Assembly: GCA_963741955.1 (NCBI GenBank)
Contig: CAVUKB010000010.1
Coordinates: 192,001 to 256,000, forward strand
Direction of reading: 5' to 3'
Source of the DNA: an uncultured Acidobacteriota bacterium
GTDB taxonomy: Bacteria; Acidobacteriota; Thermoanaerobaculia; Gp7-AA8
Length of the DNA: 64,000 nucleotides
A model generated the notes under the pieces. It was not told the origin of the DNA. It saw only the letters and a list, made by a program, of their open reading frames with translations, and made no database searches. How positions within the stretch are numbered: the first letter of the stretch is position 1; every line of letters begins with the position of its first letter. The translations under genes were made by a program, and so were the position numbers. Positions 33,332 to 42,102 of this stretch are shown piece by piece.

Positions 33332-34765
33332 ATGAGCGAACAACCGCAGCATCCCGGCGGACGCCGATCGGCCAGAGAGCGGATTCAGGAGATCAGGCGG
33401 AGCCTCCTCTCCTTCTGGACGGACGAAGCGGTCCTGATCTACCGGAGGAGCGCCCAGGGGAAGCACCGCTTCCGAATTCATGCGATCGGGGGATTTCTGT
33501 TTCTGCGCGAAGTCGTGCGCGAGTCCCTTCGCAACCAGATTCTGACTCGCGCCGCGTCGCTGGCGTACACCACGCTCCTCTCGCTCGTTCCGCTGGTGGT
33601 CGCGTTCTCCTACGTCATCCGGAACTACTTCGCTCGTCTCTTCCCCGATTTCCGGGCCCAGCTCGACACGATTCTGAACCTGATCGTTCCCTACCGTTCC
33701 GGCGAGATCGCGTACCACATCAACCGGTTCGCACAGAACGCCGAGACCGCGTCGACGTTCGGCGCGGTCGTCTTTCTCCTGATCTCGTTCGAGCTCTTCA
33801 TGGCCGTCGAAGACACCGTGAACAAGATCTGGAAGGTGCCGAAAGCGCGTGGCTATCGTCAGAAGCTGCGCGCGTTCACCATGCTGCTGTTCTGGGGACC
33901 GCTCCTGATCGGGCTTTCCTTCACCACCACGTCGTCTCTGCAGAAGAGCCCGTACGTCAGCCGGTACGTCAGCAGCGACCTGGTCCTGACACTTCTGCCA
34001 TTGCTGATGCTCTTTGTCGCATTCACCATGCTGTTCTGGCTGGTTCCGGCCACCAGCGCCACGTTCAAGGCGGCGGTTCTCGGATCGGCGATCACATCCA
34101 TTCTCTTCGAGCTCGTTCGGAGCGCGTTCGGCTGGTACACCGCGCGCCTGTTCGCCGGACGTCTGAACATCATCTACGGTACCCTCGGCCTCCTGATCGT
34201 CTTTCTCGTCGCGCTCGAGCTGATGTGGGTGATCGTCCTTCTCGGCGTCGAAATCAGCTTCGTTTTCCAGAACCTCAGAGGCGTGCTCCGCGCGTCCGAG
34301 CTTCAGCTTCACGAGGATCCGCGCTACGACACGTACTTCGCGCTCCGTTCACTGGTCGAGATCACCCGCCGGTTCGAGATGCGTGAAGACGCGCCTTCCT
34401 CGTACCGTCTGGCGGAAGTGTTCGGCGCGACCGACCGGCAGATGATGAACGTTCTCCGTCGGCTCGAGGACCAGCAGCTCGTGAAAGAGATCGGAGGCGA
34501 CTGGGAAGGCTTCGTCCCCGGATTCGATCCCGACAAGATCTCCGTGGAAGAGGTTCTTCGGGTGATGGAAGGAGGCAATCGCGAGCTGCCGTTGACCGGC
34601 GACGAAGACCGGGTGAAGGAGTCGATCGCGCGGCTCTTCTCCGCGTTCGACGACTGCGTGGTGAAGACCCTCGGCGCGGTGACGATCACCCAGCTGGTGA
34701 GGGAAGTTCATGGACCGCAGCGTCCGCCCGCTGCGGAAGACGACGTGCGTCGGTTCCGGCCCTGA
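33332..34765 (+). CDS. YihY/BrkB family inner membrane protein with a C-terminal winged-helix-like extension
   Basis: RAASLAYTTLLSLVP, VNKIW, IYGTLG, IVLLGVEI; Rrf2-like C-terminus. Confidence 0.88.
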   Translation: MSEQPQHPGGRRSARERIQEIRRSLLSFWTDEAVLIYRRSAQGKHRFRIHAIGGFLFLREVVRESLRNQILTRAASLAYTTLLSLVPLVVAFSYVIRNYFARLFPDFRAQLDTILNLIVPYRSGEIAYHINRFAQNAETASTFGAVVFLLISFELFMAVEDTVNKIWKVPKARGYRQKLRAFTMLLFWGPLLIGLSFTTTSSLQKSPYVSRYVSSDLVLTLLPLLMLFVAFTMLFWLVPATSATFKAAVLGSAITSILFELVRSAFGWYTARLFAGRLNIIYGTLGLLIVFLVALELMWVIVLLGVEISFVFQNLRGVLRASELQLHEDPRYDTYFALRSLVEITRRFEMREDAPSSYRLAEVFGATDRQMMNVLRRLEDQQLVKEIGGDWEGFVPGFDPDKISVEEVLRVMEGGNRELPLTGDEDRVKESIARLFSAFDDCVVKTLGAVTITQLVREVHGPQRPPAAEDDVRRFRP

Positions 34766-34808
34766 CCTCTTCGTCGATCGCTCCGGCCGGAGATCGCTCC
34801 GTTTCGAC

Positions 34809-35747
34809 TCACTCTTCGGCCGCGATCGGTCCGCGCGTTCTTCGCATTGCGCGAATCCGCCGGCCGACTTCGAGCGCCGTCGTGGTCCCGATCAGCCAGA
34901 CCAACCCGGCCGCGATCCCTGCGCCGATGTCGGACATCCAGTGAACCCCGAGGTAGAGACGCGAGCTGCTGATCGCGAGGACCATGGTCGTCGCGAAGGC
35001 GAACGCAGCCGAGCGGACCCTCCAGCGCGAGGCGATCCGAAAGACGACCCATGCGAGCGCGCCGTAAAGTGCGGTGGATCCGAGCGCGTGACCGCTGGGA
35101 AACGAGAAACCGTGAGCTTTCATCAGAGCTTCGGCGAGAGCGGGGCGGGCGCGGTGAAAGAAGCTCTTCAGCTCGAGGTCCAGCAGTCCCGCGCCGAGCG
35201 CGGTGCCGACCAGGTAGATGGCGAGTGCCCGCTGCCGTTTCCACATCAGGACCGCCCCGACGGCGAGGGTGATGATCCCGACACCCACCGGTGTTCCGAT
35301 CCGGGTCATTGTGGTGAAGAACGCCGTGGCCGAGCGGCCGCGATAATAGAGTGCCTGCGCGTGGACCTGCTGATCGACCGCCGCGAGGGCTGGACTCTGG
35401 CCGTGAACCATCTCCGCCAGATCGAGAAAACCGTCCCCGGCGACCATTGCCACGCCGATGGCCGCCGCGAGAAGGATGACGATCGGGAGGTAATCGACCG
35501 CTCCGCCGAACTGGTGCCGGAGCACGTCGACCCGGGCAGCCGCCCACGACCAGCGGACCCCCATTCGGGTCGTCCGCCTCCAGATTCCGCGTGCGAGCCG
35601 CCCTGCGACGGGGAGAAGAAACCGGAAGACGAGCCAGAACCCGAGGAAGAAGCCGGCGAAAAAGATCCATGGGAGGAACGGCGCGAAGGGAGAGGAAAAC
35701 GCGACGACGTCGGTGGTGGCTGGATTGGTGGCGATGAAAGTCGGCAA
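34809..35747 (-). CDS. PAP2-family membrane phosphatase
   Basis: KSFFHRARP, SFPSGH, SRLYLGVHWMSD; start uncertain (TTG 35747 chosen). Confidence 0.88.
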   Translation of the reverse strand: MPTFIATNPATTDVVAFSSPFAPFLPWIFFAGFFLGFWLVFRFLLPVAGRLARGIWRRTTRMGVRWSWAAARVDVLRHQFGGAVDYLPIVILLAAAIGVAMVAGDGFLDLAEMVHGQSPALAAVDQQVHAQALYYRGRSATAFFTTMTRIGTPVGVGIITLAVGAVLMWKRQRALAIYLVGTALGAGLLDLELKSFFHRARPALAEALMKAHGFSFPSGHALGSTALYGALAWVVFRIASRWRVRSAAFAFATTMVLAISSSRLYLGVHWMSDIGAGIAAGLVWLIGTTTALEVGRRIRAMRRTRGPIAAEE

Positions 35748-35793
35748 TTGATTCTCGCGATCGTCCGCGCGAGTGGCGGTATGCAGACGGGTT

Positions 35794-37587
35794 TCAGAAG
35801 CCGCCCGACATGTACTTCCACTGCACGATCTTGTCATTGATCTCCCGAAGCCGCCGCGTGATCATCCGGCACAGCAGATTCAGGAACTGCAGTGATGCGT
35901 GCGGATCCATTGCCAGGATCTCGTTGAGCGTCGCGCGGTCGATGGAGAGGACGGTTGCGTCGGCTTCGTGAGCCTTCGCATCGGCGGAGCGTACGCTGTC
36001 GTCGATCAGTGCCATCTCGCCGAAGAAATCGCCTCGATCGAGGACCGCAAGCGCTTCCTCCCCGACGCCCGGTATGAATTTGGAGATACGGACCCGGCCA
36101 TCGAGGATGATGTAGAGCTTGTCGCCCTGTTCCCCTTCCCGCATGATCATCGACCCGGAACGGAATCTCTCTTCACTCGAGAAGGTGGCGAGGAGCTTCA
36201 TTTCCGCCGCGGAGAGACCGCGCTCACGGAACAGGTCCACTTTGTCTTCCGAACGGACCCGCACCTCCTGCGTTTCGCGGACACCTTCGATCTTCTTGCG
36301 ACCGCCACCCCGCTTCGCATCTTCGACGAAGAACGACTTCAGCTGTTCGTTCGCGTCGCGCACCTTCTCGGAGAGCGACCGCCAGAACGCCCAGTGGAGC
36401 GCCACCGCGATCTCCTTGTCCTCGTCCATCATCTGATCGAGCGCGCTGAAGGAGAAGGAGTAGCAGGCGGTGTCGGAGAGGGAGATCGCGTCGGAAGAGC
36501 GGTGGGTCCGGTCGATGAAATTCATCTCGCCGACGATCTTGTCCGCTCCGATCTCCGCAAGGCGCTGCGGGCCGAACGGCGTCTCTTTCCGCACTTCGAT
36601 CCGTCCGTCGCGGATGATGTAGAAGTCCATCGAACGATCGTTCTCGTGGAAGAGAAACTCACCCGAGCCGGATTCGACCAGCCTCGCGAAGCGGGAGAGG
36701 CGGAAGATCTGCTCATCCTTCATGTGACGGAACGTACCGAGCTTCCTCAGTTCCGACGCGATCTGGATCAGATTCTCTCGCTTCTCCACGTCGCGATTGA
36801 CCTTCGCGACGATCGCCCGAAGCTCTTTCCGCTCCACGCGGAAGAGGTTCTCTTTCCGGAACTCCAGCCGTTCGGTGCAAAGCTGCAGATGTTCGACCCG
36901 GTCCCGGATTCGGGCGTTCAGCTCTTTGGTCTCCAGCGACAGGATCCGCTTGAGCGTGTTGATCATCCGGCGGATCGGCTCCGAGCCCTCTCCCTTCTGA
37001 TCGGTGGAGAGGAGGAACGCGTCGACGAAGTCGTCGAGAGAATCTCCGAATCGTTTGAGCTCGAACTGGATGCGCCCGGAGAGCTCGGCCAGCTCACGGT
37101 CGAACGGGTTGAATTTGCGTGCGATCCGGATCTCTTCCCACGCCTGTTCCCATTCCCCTTCCGAGAAGTAGAGTCGTCCGAGAATCTCGTAGGGACGGTG
37201 GCTGCTGGGCGTCTTCAGCTTGGCGATCTCGAGCAGCTCGATCGCCTTGGTGGTCTGGTCCTTCTCGATGTAGTGCTGCGCAAGACCGATGTACTGAGAA
37301 GAGTCGATCTCGTCTCGCGACCGCTCTGCGTTGATGTCGCGCCGGACCTGTTCGAAGCGGGTGGTTTCGGCCTGCTTCTTCAGATCGACCACTCGAGCGA
37401 GATTGATACGCAGGGCGACCGAGCCGGGCGTGAGCTTGCACGCCATCTCGTACAGGTGGATCGCCTCGTCGTACATCGCCTGGTCGGCGTAGCGCCGCGC
37501 GAGCGCAGCGAGATCCTTCGCGTCGATCGGGATCGATGCGTCATCAGCGCTGAATCGTCGCGGCGACTTTGCCACCGGCTCTCCCAT
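35794..37587 (-). CDS. TPR-containing protein with two cyclic nucleotide-binding domains
   Basis: N-terminal TPR-like helices; cNMP cassettes VGEMNFIDRTHRSSDA and FFGEMALIDDSVRSADA. Confidence 0.85.
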   Translation of the reverse strand: MGEPVAKSPRRFSADDASIPIDAKDLAALARRYADQAMYDEAIHLYEMACKLTPGSVALRINLARVVDLKKQAETTRFEQVRRDINAERSRDEIDSSQYIGLAQHYIEKDQTTKAIELLEIAKLKTPSSHRPYEILGRLYFSEGEWEQAWEEIRIARKFNPFDRELAELSGRIQFELKRFGDSLDDFVDAFLLSTDQKGEGSEPIRRMINTLKRILSLETKELNARIRDRVEHLQLCTERLEFRKENLFRVERKELRAIVAKVNRDVEKRENLIQIASELRKLGTFRHMKDEQIFRLSRFARLVESGSGEFLFHENDRSMDFYIIRDGRIEVRKETPFGPQRLAEIGADKIVGEMNFIDRTHRSSDAISLSDTACYSFSFSALDQMMDEDKEIAVALHWAFWRSLSEKVRDANEQLKSFFVEDAKRGGGRKKIEGVRETQEVRVRSEDKVDLFRERGLSAAEMKLLATFSSEERFRSGSMIMREGEQGDKLYIILDGRVRISKFIPGVGEEALAVLDRGDFFGEMALIDDSVRSADAKAHEADATVLSIDRATLNEILAMDPHASLQFLNLLCRMITRRLREINDKIVQWKYMSGGF

Positions 37588-37620
37588 GGAAGTCGATATT
37601 ATACAGTTCGCAAGTCTCAG

Positions 37621-38814
37621 ATGACCGGAGGTTTGAACGACGTGGCCCGATTCCGGCGAGAAACCGCTCGGCGCGGTGTTCACCTGGCCCCCGCCGGGCT
37701 CCTCGTGCTGGTCCTCGCCGCCTTCACGGTTGCGGGTCACGCAACTCCCCCCGGTTCCGCTGCCGGCACCGCCCCGGCGGTCGAAGCCGGATACCTCCCT
37801 GCTCTACCCGGCTACGAATTCCACTTTCCGGAAGACCAGGGGGCGCATCCCGGATACCAGAACGAATGGTGGTATTTCACCGGTCACCTCTTCTCTTCCG
37901 ATGAGCGGGAGTACGGATTCGAGGTGACGTTTTTCCGCGTCGGAGTGCGGCCGCCGGGTAACGAGAGCCGGACGGCGTGGGATCTCCACGACCTCGCAAT
38001 GGCGCACTTCGCGCTCACCGACATACCCGACGGAGACTTCCGGTATGCCGAACGGCTCAATCGCGAGAGCCCCTACACCGCCATGGCGGCAACAGGACGT
38101 CTCTCGGTGTTCAACGAGGGATGGCACGTCGAAACCAGAGAGGATGGAAGCTGGAGTCTGCATGCGGCGTCGGGCGGCGACGCCGTCGATCTCGTGCTCA
38201 CTCCTCTCAAGCCGCCGGCGATCCACGGCGAGAACGGCGTGAGCGTCAAGGCGCCGGGAATCGGCTATGCCTCCCACTACTACTCCTACACCCGAATCGC
38301 AGCGAGCGGCACCATCCGCTCGAAAGGAGTCACTCGGCGGTGCAACGGCACGGTCTGGATGGATCACGAGTTCGGCAGCGCGACGCTTTCCGAAGCTCAG
38401 GCGGGTTGGGACTGGTTCTCGGTGCAGCTCGACGACCACACCGAACTGATGCTGTATCAGATGAGACAGAGGAACGGCCGCATCGCCGACACCTCGTCCG
38501 GATCCTTCGTCGCGGCGGACGGACGGGTGATCCATCTCCGCCATGACGAATTCCTGATCGAGCCGCGCGGGTCGTGGACCTCTCCCGCGACAGGAGCGAC
38601 GTACCCCATGGGCTGGACACTCACGGTGCGGCCCCTCGGACTTCGGATCACCCTCGATCCGGTGATGCGCGATCAGGAGCTCGCGACGACAGAGTCGACC
38701 GGGGTGACCTACTGGGAAGGTGCGGTTCACGTCGACGGCCGAGCCGGCGGGACTCCGGTGCAGGGCGAGGGTTACGTCGAGATGACGGGGTATGACGAAT
38801 CGCTGCGGCCTTGA
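37621..38814 (+). CDS. AttH-like / CrtC-lipocalin-like secreted protein
   Basis: FPEDQGAHPGYQNEWWYFTGHL, SHYYSY, WMDHEF, GWDWFS, YWEG, GYVEMTGY; start uncertain. Confidence 0.88.
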   Translation: MTGGLNDVARFRRETARRGVHLAPAGLLVLVLAAFTVAGHATPPGSAAGTAPAVEAGYLPALPGYEFHFPEDQGAHPGYQNEWWYFTGHLFSSDEREYGFEVTFFRVGVRPPGNESRTAWDLHDLAMAHFALTDIPDGDFRYAERLNRESPYTAMAATGRLSVFNEGWHVETREDGSWSLHAASGGDAVDLVLTPLKPPAIHGENGVSVKAPGIGYASHYYSYTRIAASGTIRSKGVTRRCNGTVWMDHEFGSATLSEAQAGWDWFSVQLDDHTELMLYQMRQRNGRIADTSSGSFVAADGRVIHLRHDEFLIEPRGSWTSPATGATYPMGWTLTVRPLGLRITLDPVMRDQELATTESTGVTYWEGAVHVDGRAGGTPVQGEGYVEMTGYDESLRP

Positions 38815-38900
38815 CGAAAATGAATGCAGAATTCAGAATCGATAAATGAACGATATAAATGATATGTATATCAATCACGCTGATTGCACGCAGTAATTGA
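38811..38900. promoter_or_regulatory. AT-rich island with promoter-like and operator-like motifs
   Basis: TTGACG-17-CAGAAT; palindrome TGATAT-GT-ATATCA at 38860-38873; CAATCA-CGC-TGATTG at 38872-38886. Confidence 0.45.
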
Positions 38901-38966
38901 TACCCATTCGTCTCGTCCGTGCCGCAATATTCTCTCCGCTCCGTCAATGAAGGTTCCGCTCCCCCT

Positions 38967-40469
38967 TCAATGTTCGTTCGAGGCGCCGAGGTTTCTGTCG
39001 AGAGTCGCGATCGGGAGATCCCGCTCCCAACCTACGGGGGGAGGAACGGAGTGCGCTCCGCGGCCGGGTATGGGCGCGGGCGGTCTGACGCCGTGGAGCG
39101 GCAGCATGCAGAAGAACGTGCTTCCTGCGCCGACCTCGCTCTCCACCCGGACTGCGCCTCCCTGCATCTCGACGAACCTCCGGACGAGGGCGAGTCCGAG
39201 CCCCGTCCCCTCGGTCCAGCTCTGCGGCTGCGCCACGCGGTGAAATTCGTCGAACACGTGCGGGACCTCCTCCGGAGGGATCCCGTTCCCATGATCGGTG
39301 ACCGCCATCTCGAGAGCTTCGTCCTCTCTTTTCTCCGCCTCGACTTTCCGCGCGGAAACCGACACGGTCGAGCCGGCAGGAGAGAACTTGATGGCGTTGG
39401 AAAGGAGGTTGTAGAGGATCTGCTTGAATTTGGCCGGATCGCTTCGCAGCGCGGGGAGATCCTGAGGGAGTTCCGTCGCGATGTCGACGCCGTACTGCAC
39501 GGCCATCCCGCGCACCACGTTGCAGACCAGTTCGATTGCGTCGTCGCTGCGGAAGGTCTCCGGATGGAGCTCCATCCTCCCGGCTTCGATCTTAGCCAGA
39601 TCGAGGATGTCGTTGATGACGTCGAGCAGGTGCTGACCGGACGTCAGAATGTTGCGCAGGAATGCGAGATGTTTCGGATCGGCCGCACCTTCCAGCCGCT
39701 GCACCAGAATCTCGGAAAAACCGATGATCGAGTTCATCGGCGTGCGCAGCTCGTGGCTGACGGTCGCGAGGAACTGGCTCTTCATCCGATCAGCCTCGAA
39801 CATCCGGCGGTTCGATTCGGAGAGCTCCTGCGTCCGTTCCTCGAGCTGCCGGGTCAGCCGGACGAGCTCGTCCATCTTCCGACCATCTTCGTTGCGGAGA
39901 TTACGGATCAGCATGCGCTTCCGCTTCAGATTGAGGATACCGGCGAGAAAGAAACTCGACGCGCCGAAGAGGAAGAGGAGTCGCATCATGGCGAGAAAGA
40001 AGACGTGATCGAGCCCACGGATCTCTCCGCCGTACACCAGCATTCCGATGTAGAGGATCGAGTCGCCGAGAACCACTGCGACCAGTCCGGGGAGATCGAG
40101 GACGAAGGCCGCTGCGCCGGCGGTGGCGATGTACCAGATGAACCATGGACTCTGGGCGCCGCCGGTGAGGTAGACCGCAGTGGTGGTTGCGAGCGCGTCG
40201 ATCGCGATCCAGTAAGGGTTGAGATCCATCCCCAGCCGTTCGTCGACGCGTTGCTGGAAGAGCCGGTAAAAGAAGAGAGTCTGCGCCACGCAGACCACGA
40301 GTGCGATGATCGCCGCGGTCCAGCTGACGTCGAGGGTTCCGGTGAGCTTCGCAATCCCCGCGATCACGAAGCTGACGACGTAGATCGCGAGCCGGCTCCG
40401 TTGAACCGCGAGGTTGAATCTGAGCGCTCCCTCGTCGGAGCGGTTCTCGAGTGCGTCGCTCTCGACCAC
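38967..40469 (-). CDS. Membrane sensor histidine kinase (no adjacent response regulator)
   Basis: About 5 TM segments, H-box SHELRTPMNSI, NLLSNAIKF, DHGNGI, GTGLGL; TGcTACACT extended -10 near 40531-40539. Confidence 0.93.
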   Translation of the reverse strand: MVESDALENRSDEGALRFNLAVQRSRLAIYVVSFVIAGIAKLTGTLDVSWTAAIIALVVCVAQTLFFYRLFQQRVDERLGMDLNPYWIAIDALATTTAVYLTGGAQSPWFIWYIATAGAAAFVLDLPGLVAVVLGDSILYIGMLVYGGEIRGLDHVFFLAMMRLLFLFGASSFFLAGILNLKRKRMLIRNLRNEDGRKMDELVRLTRQLEERTQELSESNRRMFEADRMKSQFLATVSHELRTPMNSIIGFSEILVQRLEGAADPKHLAFLRNILTSGQHLLDVINDILDLAKIEAGRMELHPETFRSDDAIELVCNVVRGMAVQYGVDIATELPQDLPALRSDPAKFKQILYNLLSNAIKFSPAGSTVSVSARKVEAEKREDEALEMAVTDHGNGIPPEEVPHVFDEFHRVAQPQSWTEGTGLGLALVRRFVEMQGGAVRVESEVGAGSTFFCMLPLHGVRPPAPIPGRGAHSVPPPVGWERDLPIATLDRNLGASNEH

Positions 40470-40599
40470 CGCCGATGGACCTTTCTGGCGACCTCCGGTG
40501 GAGGGACGCCGTCTCCTGTTCGAAAGATCCAGTGTAGCACCGGGCCGCCTCGAAGAGGGCGGCGGGTGGTCCGGTGCCGCCGGTGTCGCGAACCCGAGA

Positions 40600-41682
40600 T
40601 CAGCGAATTCCGCGGCGCGTCATGAGATACGTCGCAAAGCTTCCCAGCCAGTGGCCTCCCTCGTAATGCTCACCGGTCACCGCCGCCAATCCCTGCTGCG
40701 CGTGAGCTCTCGCGGTGGCCTGAAGGGACTTGACCCGCGGGTCCGCAGCGGGGAGTCCGGATGCGATGCCTTCCAGCATCCACGCACGGCTCAGGTCGAG
40801 TCCGTCGAGGTGCGCGAGTTTACCGTCCGTCGGGTCGGGCGAGACTTCGGGAGTGAGCCACCCGGTTGAACCGTCCAGCGGCACGTCCGGAAGAAAACGT
40901 CCCAGCCATGCCGCGTACTCGGCCGGCTTGAGCACCCGGCGCACGACATCCGCTTCGGCGAGACACGGCGAGAGAAAATCTTCGCCTGACGGCTCGTAGC
41001 TGAGTGGGCAATCCCGGTCGGGTACATAGAACTGGCGAATCTTCTTTTCCGCCAGGCTCTTCATCGCCGCGTCTCCGCTGCTCTCCGCCCAGTCGGAGAT
41101 CAGCCCGAGCGCGAACGCAGTCTGGGAGTGCTCACCCGACCGGATCGGGTGCTCGAGCTTGGGGAGCCATTCACTGAGCCGGGCCGCGACGGCCGTTTCC
41201 AGAGGCTGGAGGTTCTGCGACAACTGCTTCGCATCGGGGTCGTTCCACTCGCGCAGCTCCGTACCGAGCTGCAACAGCCAGGCGAGTCCGTAGGGACGTT
41301 CGAAACTGGCGCGGCCGGGGCCGTTGAAGTACGCGACCTCGCTCCGGATGTGATCCGCAGTGATGTTCCCGGCAAGCGCGGTCTTCGCCCTGGCGGCGAA
41401 AGGCTGGTCGGGATAGAGGCGGGCGAGGCGCGCCAGCATCCAGTGTCCATGGACCGCCGAGTGCCAGTCGAAACAGCCGTAGAACGCCGGCGTCAGTGCC
41501 CTCGGCGTCTTCGCGTCCGCATCGCTCTGCATCACGTGAGCGATCTTGTTCGGGTACTCCTTCTGGACGCAGGCAAGGGCCAGGTCTGCAAAACGCCCTG
41601 CGACGGCGGGATCCATCGGCGGCTCACCTCCGAGTGCGGGGAGTGCAAAGAGGGGGAGAAGAGCGAGAGCAAGCCATCTCAT
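40600..41682 (-). CDS. DUF2891 family secreted protein
   Basis: Signal peptide; EYPNK, FYGCFDWHSAVHGHW, FERPYGLAWLL, HLDGL, YEGGHWLGSFA. Confidence 0.9.
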   Translation of the reverse strand: MRWLALALLPLFALPALGGEPPMDPAVAGRFADLALACVQKEYPNKIAHVMQSDADAKTPRALTPAFYGCFDWHSAVHGHWMLARLARLYPDQPFAARAKTALAGNITADHIRSEVAYFNGPGRASFERPYGLAWLLQLGTELREWNDPDAKQLSQNLQPLETAVAARLSEWLPKLEHPIRSGEHSQTAFALGLISDWAESSGDAAMKSLAEKKIRQFYVPDRDCPLSYEPSGEDFLSPCLAEADVVRRVLKPAEYAAWLGRFLPDVPLDGSTGWLTPEVSPDPTDGKLAHLDGLDLSRAWMLEGIASGLPAADPRVKSLQATARAHAQQGLAAVTGEHYEGGHWLGSFATYLMTRRGIR

Positions 41683-42102
41683 GGCAGAAATCTAACAGAA
41701 AACGTGCGGGACGGTGCAGACGGGGAGAGCCGATCCCTGGAGGGAGCCGCGCCGTTCTCGTCGACTGGACCCCGACCTCCCTTCCCGGGATCGCTCGCAA
41801 CGCGCGTAGCCTCTTCGTAGCGCGGGGGCCGAACCCGTGAAGGAGCTTGCGTTTCGGTTCTTCTCACCACTTCATCGCGTTCAGGCATCGCGCGGAACAG
41901 GCACACCCCGATCGGCCGGCAACCCGACAGCTGTCGCATGACGTTTCCCTTCCATTCAGGGAGTTCCGACGGATGGCACGTCTTCCCGTGCGTGACAGCA
42001 GCAGCGAAGAATCACGGCCGGAGATCGCGGATAGCGACTGCGAGCCACTTTCTCGACTCAGGGCGAGTCGGCTGCGCAGCGACGTAGCGTGAGATAAGAG
42101 CG

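Noticed and set aside
35899-37620. Apparent 971-aa AttH fusion
   Set aside because: The N-terminal part is the antisense shadow of the cNMP gene; the signal-like segment begins after 37621.
38850-38880. Possible dif site or oriC
   Set aside because: No XerD arm (TTATGTTAAAT-like) and no DnaA boxes seen.
38919-40625. 568-aa plus-strand ORF downstream of the AT-rich island
   Set aside because: Antisense to the kinase, with shadow-like composition.
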